64,000 bases of DNA from Spirochaetia bacterium (GCA_038204425.1 JBBRCZ010000007.1:64001-128000), one strand, 5' to 3'; positions 19,862 through 31,299 are shown, numbered from the stretch's first letter. Made by a program: numbers and translations. Notes: generated by a model from the sequence alone, not told the origin.

Positions 19862-21574
19862 ATGAAATTTAAAGAACTGCTCCAACAATATGCCAGAGAA
19901 CTTGTCAGTGCTTTTTTTCTTTGTTTGATCCTGCCTTGGCTGTTTAGCTCAGTCCTTAGCAGGCTCATACATTACGAGGCAGTTAGTCAACTTATTGCGA
20001 TGGACCGGTTTTTGGAAGAAACTCAAGCCTTAGTGCAGTTCTCTTATCAGAGCAAAACAGCACGTCCAGAAGCACCAGAACTACGAGAGTTGACAATTTC
20101 CACTTACAAGCAACTTGTGGACCAGCAGTCCGCTCTGCTCTTGGTTCCTGAAGTACAGGAGGCCCTGCTCGTGGGCCAAGCAAGCTCATTGCATCAGCTT
20201 GACAGTCTTGGTCTGGTGACTAGCCTAGCGCGCTTTGACGCCACAAGTCAACGAGTTTTTTTTGCACGCTCGTCGCACCTTGGAGCGGAAGCACTGAGGA
20301 CTTGGGCGATACTGATTGGACTTGCGCTTGGCCTAGCTTTGCCAGCCTGTCTAGCAATCTTGCGCTTGGTCCAAAAGTCTCGTCAAGAACGAGAGCTTGA
20401 TTTTGTAGTCCACAACGCCAAAACCTTGCTCAGCAACGGCACTCCGCCTCTGCCTTCTCATCTCAGTCCGCAGCTCGCACTGATACTCGAGCAGTTGCGC
20501 AGTGCCTTTTCAAGCATCTGGCCCGAGCGGCTTAGTTTGATCAAACGCAAAGCCGAACTTGAACTAATTTTGCAAACTATGGACGAAGGAATTGTGGTGC
20601 TCAATGGCCAGTGCCGCATCAAGAGTATCAATCAACAAGCGCGCTTGCTTTTGGACTTGCATCATGAAGAACTACGCGGTCAAACTCTAGTTCACTTGGT
20701 CAGAGTTCCGATGGTGATGGAATTGCTTGAGCTTTGCCTCAAAGGCGAAGATCATTTAGAACGCGAAGTTACCCTGTATCGAAAAAATCCGCTCCACCTG
20801 CGGCTGACCGTGCATAGAATTGTAGCCAACAAAGAAAACTCTGGTGGCATCCTACTGATAGTTGCCAACGTAAGCAGCCTCAAGCATCTTGAAGAAGTGC
20901 GACGAGATTTTGTCGCCAACGTTAGTCACGAGCTGCGTACGCCAATAACTGCCATCAGGGGTTTTGCCGAAACGTTGGCTGACGGTGCCAAAAATGATCC
21001 ACAGCAAAACAGTCGTTTTATAGATATAATTTTTCGTCAGAGCAAACGCCTTGAGTCCATAATTGATGATTTGCTCACCCTATCGCAAATTGAACAAACC
21101 GGAACGAGCATTCAAACCGAGCAAGGCAGTTTTGGCGACTTGGCTGCGGAAGCAATTGAGTTAGTAAAACCACGGGCAATAGAAAAAAACACTACCATTG
21201 TAGTCGAGGGCCAAGACTGTAAAGTACGTGTCAACCGAGCCTTGTTGGAACAGGTTCTGGTCAATTTGATTGACAATGCAATTAAGTACTGCCCCGATAA
21301 AAGCGAGATCAGGCTTTTGTGGCACAAGAAGGATCAAAAGCTTTGGATTACGGTAGAAGACAATGGCCCCGGCATACCCATAAAAGATCAAGCACACATT
21401 TTTGAAAGATTTTATCGCATAGATAAGGCGCGCAGTAGAACCATGGGTGGCACGGGACTGGGTCTTTCGATAGTCAAACATATCGTCATTGCCCATGGCG
21501 GCAAGATAGAGCTAATGAGCGTGCCCGGTGAAGGCGCTAGATTTCTTATTTGGCTACCGCAAACAAATAAGTGA
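19862..21574 (+). CDS. phoR: Phosphate regulon sensor kinase PhoR
   Basis: 2 TM, PAS, RRDFVANVSHELRTP, ERFYRIDKARSR..GGTGLGL. Confidence 0.9.
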   Translation: MKFKELLQQYARELVSAFFLCLILPWLFSSVLSRLIHYEAVSQLIAMDRFLEETQALVQFSYQSKTARPEAPELRELTISTYKQLVDQQSALLLVPEVQEALLVGQASSLHQLDSLGLVTSLARFDATSQRVFFARSSHLGAEALRTWAILIGLALGLALPACLAILRLVQKSRQERELDFVVHNAKTLLSNGTPPLPSHLSPQLALILEQLRSAFSSIWPERLSLIKRKAELELILQTMDEGIVVLNGQCRIKSINQQARLLLDLHHEELRGQTLVHLVRVPMVMELLELCLKGEDHLEREVTLYRKNPLHLRLTVHRIVANKENSGGILLIVANVSSLKHLEEVRRDFVANVSHELRTPITAIRGFAETLADGAKNDPQQNSRFIDIIFRQSKRLESIIDDLLTLSQIEQTGTSIQTEQGSFGDLAAEAIELVKPRAIEKNTTIVVEGQDCKVRVNRALLEQVLVNLIDNAIKYCPDKSEIRLLWHKKDQKLWITVEDNGPGIPIKDQAHIFERFYRIDKARSRTMGGTGLGLSIVKHIVIAHGGKIELMSVPGEGARFLIWLPQTNK

Positions 21575-23102
21575 TCAGCACTTGAATAGTGCCAATACCA
21601 AAACCCAAAATCGCACCAAAAACGTTAATCCAAGCAAACTCGCGGCCGACCAGACCGATTATTAGCCCTTCAAGTTGTGCCATATCAAGCTTGGATACTT
21701 GTCCTTCCACCATTTTTTGTAGATTAAAACCGTTGACCACTTTGGGCAAAACTTGGGCAAGCACCGAGCTGACCGACTCAAGCAGCAGGCGGTCAAAGGA
21801 CTCTTTTTGGCTCATAAATTGTGGACGTAAGGCGGCAGCCAAGCCGGGCTGTAAGTGCACTTTGCCGACTACTATGCCCACCACAAGTGTAACCAGCTTT
21901 TCTGCAAGTGCTGGCTTTCTTGCTTGAAGAATCAAAAAGGCCGACACTTGTCGCGCCAAAACCTGCTTTCGCTTTTGATCGATGCCAAACAGTTGAGCAA
22001 AGCTTTGCGCCTCCCCACCCCCCTGGACAGGTTTACTGGCGACAAAAAGTCTAACTAGACCGCCTTCTTGCAAAAACTGGCCGACAGCCTGGTAGGCCTT
22101 AAAGGCGAGATCCTTAAAAGAAAATCCGTAGCGTTCTTCTAAGTCTGCCAAGGGCAAAGTTCCAATGTGGTCCAAAAAATCGGCGACAATCTTGGGCCAA
22201 AGCGCAATTGTCTGTTGGGAAGCAAGGAAGGACTCCAGCTCAAGCAAGGTCTGGTCAACAAAGCCAGGAAGAATCTTGTGCAAAGACGCCTCGTAGTTGC
22301 CAAGGCGCATCAAGCCTCGTTGCAATGGATTGAGTTCTTCAATGGCTTTGCTCAAAAGTCGCTTGGCACGGGAGACTAGGTCGGTCTTAATTTCTGTGGT
22401 ACTCAAGGCGTCTATTAGGGCCTTTGTCAAAAAAGGATAACTGCGGGAAGCAAGATTCTTAGCCAGTCCCACTATCTCGCTCACCAAGGACGGAGACAAA
22501 AGTCTTGGTCGTTTGCCCAGAGTCATAGCCATTAAAGCCATGAGCCTCTGACTTGCTTGTTTACTGTGCTTATTGCTCAAAAATTTTGATAAGAAGCTTT
22601 GCAGACGGCCTATGCTTTTGGCAGAAACACCAAGGCCCTGCGGGCTTAGTGCCAACAAAAGGTCAAAAAGTCCACTCAAGATTTTTTTTAGGCCTTGCTC
22701 AAAGCGTGGTGAGCCCAAAAATGTTTTGAGAAAATCAACACTAAGTGTTTTGGTGTCGAGACTTAGCTTATCTGCCTTGGCACCGTCATCTGTTTGTGTC
22801 GAACCAAAAATACTTGAGGTGAGCCCAGAGATTGCCTTATAGAGTACGTCCTGAACACCAGGATCACCAAGATGAGCAAGTAATCCTTCTTTCTCAAAGA
22901 GTTGTTGTGAAACCATCTTGCCAAGTGAGACTGCTAGGCGATCGCGCTGGCGCGGAATAATGCCTGGTGTAAAGGGAAGTTTAAATCTTCCAATATAGTG
23001 AGCCTTGTAGGGCCTAAAAAGCATTTTGATAGCAATTGCATTGGTTATGTAGCCAATTGCCGCGCCAACGAGACCGGATAGTAGAAACATCCATAGGTTC
23101 AT
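21546..23102 (-). CDS. DUF445 (YheB-like) membrane protein
   Basis: GAAIGYITNAIAIKMLFRP...PGIIP, C-terminal INVFGAILGFGIG. Confidence 0.88.
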   Translation of the reverse strand: MNLWMFLLSGLVGAAIGYITNAIAIKMLFRPYKAHYIGRFKLPFTPGIIPRQRDRLAVSLGKMVSQQLFEKEGLLAHLGDPGVQDVLYKAISGLTSSIFGSTQTDDGAKADKLSLDTKTLSVDFLKTFLGSPRFEQGLKKILSGLFDLLLALSPQGLGVSAKSIGRLQSFLSKFLSNKHSKQASQRLMALMAMTLGKRPRLLSPSLVSEIVGLAKNLASRSYPFLTKALIDALSTTEIKTDLVSRAKRLLSKAIEELNPLQRGLMRLGNYEASLHKILPGFVDQTLLELESFLASQQTIALWPKIVADFLDHIGTLPLADLEERYGFSFKDLAFKAYQAVGQFLQEGGLVRLFVASKPVQGGGEAQSFAQLFGIDQKRKQVLARQVSAFLILQARKPALAEKLVTLVVGIVVGKVHLQPGLAAALRPQFMSQKESFDRLLLESVSSVLAQVLPKVVNGFNLQKMVEGQVSKLDMAQLEGLIIGLVGREFAWINVFGAILGFGIGTIQVLITYLFAVAK

Positions 23103-23518
23103 TGTGGCTGATCTAGTACCGAAGTTGAGGAGCTTAGACGGCGCGCACTAAGTTGTGCCTTGGCCTTGAGATCATAGAGGCTAATACCTCGCAGCTGTAC
23201 CCACAGTTCTTGTTCTACCTTAAAGCTGCTTCCGGCATCGAGCACTTTGCGCCAACTCTCTTCTGCTTCGGACTGCCCCATCGTGTCGGTGGAAATCTGC
23301 AAGAGGTCTCCAGCACGGAAAACCGTTACAATGGTGGCTTGGTTGCTGGCCTGGGAATAGGCTTTGAGATAGGGTTTGTTGACCACTGCCCAAGCAGGAC
23401 TGGCGATCAAACTGGGAGTTTCTGGCAGGACCAAGCCTTTACTTTCTTGCTGCTGACAGGCACCAGAAAAGAAAACTAGTGCCAAAATCACTAGCACCAC
23501 AGAGCCTTTCTTTTTCAT
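23099..23518 (-). CDS. Lipoprotein with SH3-like domain
   Basis: MKKKGS..FSGAC lipobox; WAVV...YLKAY.....A.IV..FRAGDLL..W SH3b-like pattern. Confidence 0.65.
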   Translation of the reverse strand: MKKKGSVVLVILALVFFSGACQQQESKGLVLPETPSLIASPAWAVVNKPYLKAYSQASNQATIVTVFRAGDLLQISTDTMGQSEAEESWRKVLDAGSSFKVEQELWVQLRGISLYDLKAKAQLSARRLSSSTSVLDQPQ

Positions 23519-23566
23519 AGCCTCAAGTATAGGAACTTTAAGCATTGTTGTCACCGTGGATTTTGT

Positions 23567-25558
23567 TCATTTGTTTCCCTGACCTTTTAGTCGTTCGATT
23601 TCGTCTCTAACCAAGGCGGCCTGTTCAAACTCGAGATTTTTTGCGTGCTCAAGCATCATGTCTTGCAGTTCTCTAAGGTAGGCTTTGCGATCCTTGGCTT
23701 CCAGCAAATTGTAGCGCTTTTGCATGATCTCTATGGTCATGGTTTGCACTTCTATCTTTTCTTGCTTCTGGCGAATGAGCATGTCATGAATAGCTTTTTT
23801 GACGGTCAGTGGAGTAATTCCATGCGCAGTGTTGTATTGCTCTTGAATAGTGCGCCGACGAGTAGTCTCGTCAATTGCTCGTCGCATAGCATCGGACTCG
23901 CGGTCTGCGTACATGATTACCATTCCGTTGACGTTACGGGCAGCGCGCCCAATAGTCTGGATTAGACTGGTTGCCGAACGCAAGAAGCCAATTTTATCGG
24001 CATCCAGAATCGCAATTAGACTTACCTCGGGCAAGTCCAAGCCTTCGCGCAATAAGTTGATGCCAATCAAAACATCAAAAATACCCTGCCTTAGTTGGGT
24101 CAGAATTTCTACTCTCTCAATAGTTTCTATTTCTGAATGCAGATAGCGCACTTTGAGTCCCATGTTGGCAAAGTAAGTACTCAAGTCTTCTGACATTTTT
24201 TTGGTAAGCGTTGTCACCAGTGTTCGTTCGCCAGCCGCTATTCTGCTTCTAATTTCTCCATACAAGTCTTCTATCTGCCCTTGGCTGGGACGCACAACTA
24301 TCTGAGGATCAAGTAGCCCGGTTGGCCTAATCACCAACTCAACCTCTTGCTCGGCGCGCTCGGCTTCTTCGGTACTCGGTGTAGCCGAGACAAAGACAGT
24401 TTGGTCCAATAGAGAAAGATACTCGTCGTAAAAAAGTGGTCGATTGTCGAGCGCCGACGGCAGCCTAAAACCAAACTCAACCAGGTTGAGTTTACGCGAT
24501 CGGTCACCAGCATACATACCTCGCACCTGCGGCAAACTGACATGCGACTCATCAACAAAGGTCAAAAAATTGTCGGGAAAATAGTCAATCAAGACGGCAG
24601 GCCTTTCGCCTTCGATGCGCCCTGTTAAGTGGCGACTGTAGTTTTCTATGCCAGAACAATAACCGACTTCGGTCAACATTTCTAAGTCGTACTCGGTTCG
24701 ACTCTTGAGTCTTTGCGCCTCAACTAAGCGATTGGCGCCTTCCAGTTTGTCAACTTGGGTTTGCATCTCTTGCCTTATACGGTCAATTGCTGGTGCCACA
24801 GCCGTTTCTTCCATCACAAAGTGCTTGGCAGGATAGAGCATTAAAGACAAGGGTTCTTCAAGAATTTCACCAGAAATGGGATGCAAAACTTTGATCTTGC
24901 CAATGTGTTCAAAGTCGAGCTCTATACGGTAGATAGCGTCAGCGTAGGCCGGGTGGATCTCGAGGGCCTCGCCTCGCACGCGAAAGTCTCCTCGCTCGAG
25001 AACGGCATCGTTGCGTTCGTATTGCAGTTGAATAAGTCTAATCTTGATGGCCTGCAGATCCAAGGTTTGGCCAACGTCCAAGCGCAGGCGCATTTCGCGG
25101 TAGTCGCGCGGACTGCCCAGTCCATAGATGCACGAGACAGTAGCGACGACAATCACATCGGGTCGTTCGAGCAAGCTCGCCGTAGCCGCCAAGCGCATTT
25201 TGTCGATCTCCTCGTTGATCGAGGAGTCTTTTTCTATATAGAGGTCTTTTTTGGCCACGTAGGCTTCTGGTTGATAATAGTCATAGTAAGAAACGAAGTA
25301 TTCGACAGCGTTGTTAGGAAAAAAATCCTTAAACTCGCGATACAGCTGGGCTGCCAGCGTCTTGTTGTGGCTCATGATAAGGGCCGGTTTTTGCATCTTC
25401 TCGATGATTTTGGCCATAGTATAGGTCTTGCCCGAACCGGTGACGCCTTTAATGGTCTGAAACTTCATGCCCTTGTCCAGCCCCTCGCAAATCTTCTCAA
25501 TAGCGTTGGGCTGATCCCCCGATGGTTCAAATCCTGCATGCACCACAAACTTGTTCAT
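23567..25558 (-). CDS. uvrB: Excinuclease ABC subunit B
   Basis: GVTGSGKT, YYDYYQPEAY, DESH, GINLLREGLDLPEV, C-terminal UVR domain. Confidence 0.98.
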   Translation of the reverse strand: MNKFVVHAGFEPSGDQPNAIEKICEGLDKGMKFQTIKGVTGSGKTYTMAKIIEKMQKPALIMSHNKTLAAQLYREFKDFFPNNAVEYFVSYYDYYQPEAYVAKKDLYIEKDSSINEEIDKMRLAATASLLERPDVIVVATVSCIYGLGSPRDYREMRLRLDVGQTLDLQAIKIRLIQLQYERNDAVLERGDFRVRGEALEIHPAYADAIYRIELDFEHIGKIKVLHPISGEILEEPLSLMLYPAKHFVMEETAVAPAIDRIRQEMQTQVDKLEGANRLVEAQRLKSRTEYDLEMLTEVGYCSGIENYSRHLTGRIEGERPAVLIDYFPDNFLTFVDESHVSLPQVRGMYAGDRSRKLNLVEFGFRLPSALDNRPLFYDEYLSLLDQTVFVSATPSTEEAERAEQEVELVIRPTGLLDPQIVVRPSQGQIEDLYGEIRSRIAAGERTLVTTLTKKMSEDLSTYFANMGLKVRYLHSEIETIERVEILTQLRQGIFDVLIGINLLREGLDLPEVSLIAILDADKIGFLRSATSLIQTIGRAARNVNGMVIMYADRESDAMRRAIDETTRRRTIQEQYNTAHGITPLTVKKAIHDMLIRQKQEKIEVQTMTIEIMQKRYNLLEAKDRKAYLRELQDMMLEHAKNLEFEQAALVRDEIERLKGQGNK

Positions 25559-25633
25559 TACAACCTCTGACCATAAAATACGCTATTTTAGATGCATTGC
25601 CCACTGGCAAATTGGGCTCGGATAAAGAGGGTG

Positions 25634-25662
25634 TTGACAGCACTTGCAAGTCCCCTTAGGAT
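25634..25662 (+). promoter_or_regulatory. Sigma-70 promoter giving a probable leaderless mRNA
   Basis: TTGACA-N17-TAGGAT, then 6 nt to ATG 25669; no SD. Confidence 0.7.
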
Positions 25663-25668
25663 ACGCTC

Positions 25669-26466
25669 ATGGACAGCAAGCGTTCCCTCACGCGCAGTAT
25701 TTTTTTGGCAGTTGGCACATTTTTTTTGTTTCATCTGGCTGTTTTTAGTTTAGTGTTTGTCGGCTACCAAATGGCCACTGACTATCTGCTTTGGTACCTT
25801 GCCAGTTCATTGGGTCTTCATCTGGCTTTGCTGGTGGTCTTATTGCTTTCTCGCAAAGACTTTTATCTTATCAGCGATGGCAGCCATCTTTCTCGCGTCA
25901 ATAGTGCCAACTTGCTCACTATGTTTCGCATCACAAGCCTACCTTCCATGCTGGCCCTGCTTGGCACCGTGCGTGTCTATCCGGTGGTTGTTTTTCTGGT
26001 CGCCTATACGGTGCTGGCCTTTGTAACCGACTACTTGGATGGTTACGTTGCGCGGCGTTTTGGCCAAGGCACTCGCGCTGGCCAGTACCTGGATAGCATG
26101 AGCGACTACGCGATCCTAATTGCTATTGCCTTTGCGTTTGCTCAGTTTGGCTTGGTAACGCAATGGTTCTTTATTTTTGTACTGGCACGCTTCTTTATCC
26201 AATGGGGCCTAATGTGTATTTTGTTCTTGGTTCTCAAAGACAAGATGGAACCGCGCACTTCGCTCTTGGGTAAGGGCTCGGTGTTTATGACGATGATAGT
26301 TTTTGCTTGTTATTTACTCAAACTGTTTGCTTGGTTTGACCCGATTCTTCCCTATCTATTTATACTAGAGTTATTTACTGCCGGCGTTTTAATCGTGAGC
26401 ATGATAGAAAAGTTTATAGTCTTTGCGCGCGACCTACGCAACGCCACTAAAACAGCTAAAGTCTAA
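25669..26466 (+). CDS. CDP-alcohol phosphatidyltransferase family protein
   Basis: ANLLTMFR and DYLDGYVARRFGQGTRAGQYLDSMSD signature. Confidence 0.9.
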   Translation: MDSKRSLTRSIFLAVGTFFLFHLAVFSLVFVGYQMATDYLLWYLASSLGLHLALLVVLLLSRKDFYLISDGSHLSRVNSANLLTMFRITSLPSMLALLGTVRVYPVVVFLVAYTVLAFVTDYLDGYVARRFGQGTRAGQYLDSMSDYAILIAIAFAFAQFGLVTQWFFIFVLARFFIQWGLMCILFLVLKDKMEPRTSLLGKGSVFMTMIVFACYLLKLFAWFDPILPYLFILELFTAGVLIVSMIEKFIVFARDLRNATKTAKV

Positions 26467-26761
26467 GTCCGGCTTTTGCCAAAATTCCGTCATGGTCATC
26501 GAGCCTCAATCCTTCTTGGCGCTCTTTAAAGTAAGAGTACAAGACCTGGTAGCTTTTGAGCTTTTTGACCAAGATCCAACGTATCATTTGGTTTTTTGCT
26601 GCCAAACTGGCAAACTCATAGTGTCGATTGCGGCCACCTTCTGGACTCAGACCCCAACGCACCGTCAGCGAAAAAGGTGCAAAGAGCTGCGACTGCCTGT
26701 CGTCAATTGAGTAGTAGTGTTTGCGGCCATCAGGCTCAGTTCGATACAGAATTACCAACAT
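26456..26761 (-). CDS. Small WGR-domain-like protein
   Basis: YYSI...Q.QLF..FSLTVRWG pattern. Confidence 0.55.
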   Translation of the reverse strand: MLVILYRTEPDGRKHYYSIDDRQSQLFAPFSLTVRWGLSPEGGRNRHYEFASLAAKNQMIRWILVKKLKSYQVLYSYFKERQEGLRLDDHDGILAKAGLRL

Positions 26762-26806
26762 CTTACTTGAGCATCGGCAGGTTTGAGTCTGCGCCCAAGA
26801 TCATGA

Positions 26807-27646
26807 CTATTTTTTCTTCTCAAAGCGAGTAGCTGCTGTTGCGTAGATATTCCAAACATGGCCGTCCATACGCCTTTGATCCAAGACTAGCTTTTTTGCC
26901 TGAGCTTGCCATGACTCTGGAAGTCCCGCAAAATCTTCTTGGCTGTACAAGCCTAGCCAGTCAGGGCCGTAGATCAGACGCAGAGCACCCTGAGGGTTAA
27001 ATCGCAGTTGGTAAAGCACGAGTTCAGTATCCGCTGTCCAAGCAAGACTTTTGCTCTCTTGGCGATAGTCCAAGTTCCAAACCCACTTTTGCACGGTTGG
27101 CTGAGCTTGAGCTTCGCCCGTCAGCCCTTGGCCGGTACCCTCTTGATTAAGCGCTAAGGAAACACTTGCAATCGGTCGGTCGCCAGCCTCAGCTGTCACT
27201 GCTTTCATAGAAAGAGAAGCCAGGTTCGACTGAAACAGGGCTGCACTCACAAACCAAAGCGTGAGCACAAGGAAAAGACTTGGCCACCATAGCCATGTCA
27301 AAAGCGTGGAAACTAGTGCCGTAGACAAAAAACATAAGATCAGCCAGACCCAGGCTGGCTCTGTTTTGGCAAACAGGATTGCCATGGTCAGCACAGCGCC
27401 ACAGGCCAGCGCCATTAGCACCATTGACAAACCGCGCCATACCGAGCCTGGGGGTGCAGAGTTTGGCACCCGATCTAAACTGGCGCCAAGCCCAGACAAG
27501 CGCGCCAGACCACGGCTACGGCGTAGTATCAAGATAGCTTTGATACTAAAACCCAATCCTGCGCCAGCGCAAAGGCCAGCTAGACTGGCCCAAAATTCGG
27601 CCTGACTGGCTAGTCGAACTATGGCTTGCAAAAAATCAGAGATCAT
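26807..27646 (-). CDS. Hypothetical membrane protein
   Basis: ~4 TM plus soluble C-terminus; start overlaps the carboxypeptidase end. Confidence 0.6.
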   Translation of the reverse strand: MISDFLQAIVRLASQAEFWASLAGLCAGAGLGFSIKAILILRRSRGLARLSGLGASLDRVPNSAPPGSVWRGLSMVLMALACGAVLTMAILFAKTEPAWVWLILCFLSTALVSTLLTWLWWPSLFLVLTLWFVSAALFQSNLASLSMKAVTAEAGDRPIASVSLALNQEGTGQGLTGEAQAQPTVQKWVWNLDYRQESKSLAWTADTELVLYQLRFNPQGALRLIYGPDWLGLYSQEDFAGLPESWQAQAKKLVLDQRRMDGHVWNIYATAATRFEKKK

Positions 27647-29186
27647 ACAGTTGAGTATACTTACGATTGAGGTAATTCATAAACGGTTGATGATCCAAAC
27701 GCACCCCACAAACTTCTTGTACCAACTCTGATGGCAATACAGCCGCTCCAGGTTGATGAATCTTGCTGCACAGCCAGTTCTTGAGCGGTAAGAATTGACC
27801 TTGTCCCACCTGGGCCTCCAAGTCTGGAATGTCATAGCTGGCTTGTTGGTAAAACATGGCAGCATAAAGGTTGCCCAAGGCATAGGTGGGAAAGTAGCCA
27901 ATGCTGCCCATCGACCAGTGAATGTCTTGCAAAACACCTTGGCTATCAGTCGGTGGAACTATGCCCAGCAGTTGGCGGCTTTTTTCTCGCCAGGCCTCAC
28001 TGAGATCCTTGACCTCAAGCTCACCACGCATAATGCCAAGCTCCAATTCAAAGCGCAGCATTACATGCAGACTGTAGGTTACCTCGTCAGCGTCAACGCG
28101 AATAAAGCTGGCCTTGACCCTGTTGGCTGCTTGGTAGATTTCTTGCAGACTGAGTCCAGCAGTCTCGGGCAAAAAGTTTTGTAGTTGTGGCAAAAAGTGG
28201 CCCCAGAAGGCACGACTTCGGCCAACCATATTCTCCCAAAGCCGCGACTGGCTCTCGTGAATGCCAAGCGAGCAGCCGTTTGATAGCATTAGGTGCAAAT
28301 CAGGGTGCACGCCAAGTTCGTAAAGCGCATGTCCTGCCTCGTGAACTATGCTCGATATGCCGGCAAAGAAGTTTTTTTGGTCATAACGCGTAGTGATACG
28401 CACATCTTTACGGCCCACCGTTGTGGTAAAAGGGTGTGCAGATACATCCAGCCGCCCACTATCTGTTGGGTAGTGCATAGCTGCGAGAATAGCCCTACCA
28501 AGTTGTTCCTGGCCAGCTTGCAAAAAGTTTTTGCCAGCTAGCGCATCAAAAGCATAAGCAGGTGAGCTCGACTTTTGCCCGATAGCCGCCACCAAAGGCA
28601 CCAGTTGCTCGCGCATTTTTGAAAACACGGTGGCTATTTCTGCAGCGCCCATGCCCGGTTCGTACTCGTCAAGCAGCGCATCATAGGCTTCGGCGCCGCC
28701 CCCAACGAGACTAGCTTCTTGCCGTTTGAGTTCTATCAGTTTTGAGAGGTAAGGTGCAAAATGAGCAAAGTCATTGGCATGTCGGGCCTTGATCCAGTTA
28801 GCTTGACCAAGACTTGCCGCAACCGACAACTGACTCACAAAGTCGGCATTTAAACAGGCCGCTCGCCGGTGGCTGCGCCCGAGAGAGCGCAACAAACGTT
28901 GGTCTGCCCAGCTAAGCTGCTGCGTGCCAAAAGGCCTTGCTGGGCTTGCACCCAGCTCGTCCAAACAACGCGCCATTTCGTCTCCAGCCAAGCGCTCATG
29001 CATCAAGCGCGCCAAGAGTGCCTGCTGCTGGGCGCGTTCATCAAGAGCGGCTTCGGGCATATAGGTTTCTTGATCCCAGCCAAGTAAAGACGAACTATGG
29101 CTCAAGAGGCCAATTTCATCAGCAAGTTGGGCTGCCCGCTTGAGAGCAGCTGGGGCATCTCCTGCGTGTTTATAACGTTGACTCAT
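27636..29186 (-). CDS. Carboxypeptidase Taq (peptidase M32)
   Basis: [48 protein letters not shown]. Confidence 0.96.
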   Translation of the reverse strand: MSQRYKHAGDAPAALKRAAQLADEIGLLSHSSSLLGWDQETYMPEAALDERAQQQALLARLMHERLAGDEMARCLDELGASPARPFGTQQLSWADQRLLRSLGRSHRRAACLNADFVSQLSVAASLGQANWIKARHANDFAHFAPYLSKLIELKRQEASLVGGGAEAYDALLDEYEPGMGAAEIATVFSKMREQLVPLVAAIGQKSSSPAYAFDALAGKNFLQAGQEQLGRAILAAMHYPTDSGRLDVSAHPFTTTVGRKDVRITTRYDQKNFFAGISSIVHEAGHALYELGVHPDLHLMLSNGCSLGIHESQSRLWENMVGRSRAFWGHFLPQLQNFLPETAGLSLQEIYQAANRVKASFIRVDADEVTYSLHVMLRFELELGIMRGELEVKDLSEAWREKSRQLLGIVPPTDSQGVLQDIHWSMGSIGYFPTYALGNLYAAMFYQQASYDIPDLEAQVGQGQFLPLKNWLCSKIHQPGAAVLPSELVQEVCGVRLDHQPFMNYLNRKYTQLYDL

Positions 29187-30964
29187 AACAGTTTAAGTCC
29201 TTCTTTGCTAGCAATTTTGTCTTTGGCGAGCACTATAAAATCACTCAGGGCAACAGCATTGGCCTGTTCATTGGTGCGGGTTCGGATAGAGACAGTGCCC
29301 GTCTCAAGTTCCTTGGCACCGATGATGAGCATGTAGGGCACTTTGACGGCCTGATGCTTACGGATTTTGTTCTGCATCCTGTCCTCGCTGAGATCAGCTA
29401 GGCAACGCAAGCCCTCGGCCTTAAGCGCTTCAGCAATCTTTTGTGCACCAGCCTCAAAGTCAGGCCCGACTGGAATTACCACAACTTGGGTAGGAGCCAA
29501 CCAAACCGGAAACGAACCAGAAAAGTGTTCAATCAAAATTCCAATAAAACGTTCAAGGCTTCCCAAGACGGCGCGATGCAGCATAACTGGGTTGCGTCTC
29601 ACGCCTTCGTTGTCTATGTAGCCAGCGTCCAGTCTTTCCTTGCTGGGCAGTTGATAGTCCAATTGGATGGTACCGCACTGCCACTTGCGCCCCAAGGCAT
29701 CAATCAAAGTAAACTCAAGTTTGGGACCGTAGAAGGCACCCTCCCCAGGGGCTTCAAGATAGTCAAACCCTGCCGCTTTACAAGCTAAGCCAAGCGCAGA
29801 CTCCGCTCTATCCCAGCTTTGGTCGTCGCCTAAGCGGACCTCTGGTCGCAGGGCAAGCCTAACCAAGACGTTCTCGCCAGTAAATCCAAAATCCGCATAC
29901 ATTGAACTCAAAAGTTCACAAAAATCTTTAACTTCGGTTTGGACTTGTTCTTCAGTACAAAAAATATGGGCGTCATCTTGCACAAATCCCCTAACCCGCA
30001 TGATGCCATGTAAGGCCCCCGAGGCTTCGTTGCGACAACAACTGCCAAATTCTGCCATGCGCAACGGCAAGTCACGATAGCTCTTGATACCTTGGCGAAA
30101 AATCTCAATATGGCCTGGGCAGTTCATCGGCTTAAGCGCAAACTCACGCTTTTCGCTTTCGGTAACAAACATATGGTCGCGGTACTTTGCCCAGTGGCCA
30201 GATCGCTCCCAAAGGCTCTTGGGCATAACCGAGGGAGTTTTGACCTCCTGATAGTTAGCAATGCGCAAACGGTTGCGCACGTAGTCTTCTATGCTGCGGT
30301 AAATTGTCCAGCCGTCCGGATGCCAGTAAATTTGCCCTGGATTGTCGTCGTCGATATGAAACAAGTCCAAGTCTTTGCCCAGCCGTCTATGATCACGACG
30401 TTCGGCTTCTTCCAAAAATTGCAGGTATTCTTTGAGCTGTGGACCATTGTGAAAACAGTAGGCATAGATTCGTTGTAGCATCGGGCCTTTTTCGTCACCA
30501 CGCCAGTAGGCGCCTGCAATCTTGGCCAGCTTAAAACTGCCGCTATCCAGCACGCCCATGTTGTCCACATGAGGCCCGCGACAAAGGTCGACAAAAGCGT
30601 TGCTGTAGTAGAGGCTAATTTCTTCGTCATCAGGTAGCTTGTCCAGCAGATCTTGTTTGTAAATTTGTCCTTCAAGAACCTGTCGTGCCTCGGCCTTGCT
30701 GACCGCCTTGCGTATAAAATCAGAACGAGTTTTGATGATTTCCTTCATCTTAAGCTCAATGGCTTCAAGATCCTCGGGCTTGAGACTGCGTGACAGCTCA
30801 AAGTCGTAGTAAAAACCGTTGTCCACTGGCGGACCTATGGCTATCTGGCCATCTGGAAATAGTTGTAGGACAGCTTCGGCCATAATGTGAGCCAGGCTAT
30901 GACGTTTTTTGTAGAGCGCTTCATCTTTGGCAAGGCGTTCTTGGGCGGCATGAGTTAAAGCCAT
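29183..30964 (-). CDS. thrS: Threonyl-tRNA synthetase (lacks the N-terminal TGS domain)
   Basis: [61 protein letters not shown] before ATG 30964. Confidence 0.98.
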   Translation of the reverse strand: MALTHAAQERLAKDEALYKKRHSLAHIMAEAVLQLFPDGQIAIGPPVDNGFYYDFELSRSLKPEDLEAIELKMKEIIKTRSDFIRKAVSKAEARQVLEGQIYKQDLLDKLPDDEEISLYYSNAFVDLCRGPHVDNMGVLDSGSFKLAKIAGAYWRGDEKGPMLQRIYAYCFHNGPQLKEYLQFLEEAERRDHRRLGKDLDLFHIDDDNPGQIYWHPDGWTIYRSIEDYVRNRLRIANYQEVKTPSVMPKSLWERSGHWAKYRDHMFVTESEKREFALKPMNCPGHIEIFRQGIKSYRDLPLRMAEFGSCCRNEASGALHGIMRVRGFVQDDAHIFCTEEQVQTEVKDFCELLSSMYADFGFTGENVLVRLALRPEVRLGDDQSWDRAESALGLACKAAGFDYLEAPGEGAFYGPKLEFTLIDALGRKWQCGTIQLDYQLPSKERLDAGYIDNEGVRRNPVMLHRAVLGSLERFIGILIEHFSGSFPVWLAPTQVVVIPVGPDFEAGAQKIAEALKAEGLRCLADLSEDRMQNKIRKHQAVKVPYMLIIGAKELETGTVSIRTRTNEQANAVALSDFIVLAKDKIASKEGLKLL

Positions 30965-31293
30965 GCGAGACCTCCTCGTGCACCTAGTGCACACAGCAAA
31001 TGCTGCGTAAGGACGAAGAACAAAGTCCTCCGCGGTCCCACCTTACTTCAAAACAGGCTCGATACCTGCCGCCCTCGTCGTCTGTTACGTAGACCAACGG
31101 TCTCCCATACTCGGCATGCACAACCGTTCTATCAGATCCAACAGTAAGCAAGCGCCTTTGAGCGAGACAGCTCTGGAGTGGTTTTGGCTTCTATCGTTCC
31201 CAAGTCCCTTCCAGCCACTTGTGCACTGCGCACAACCTGGGAACTCTCTCTCGCGGGTCGTTTTAGAGCTACTCTTCTCCTTCGTAGCCGATA
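30965..31293 (-). ncRNA. T-box riboswitch leader (Thr, specifier ACC)
   Basis: Minus strand: GA motif, AGUA, AGAGA and GGCUGGAA stem I elements; specifier ACC at 31182-31180; T-box AAGUAAGGUGGGACCGCG at 31048-31031 closed by CGUCCUUAC. Confidence 0.88.
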
Positions 31294-31299
31294 AGGCCT

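Noticed and set aside
24881..25570. 229-aa plus-strand ORF
   Set aside because: Antisense shadow of uvrB
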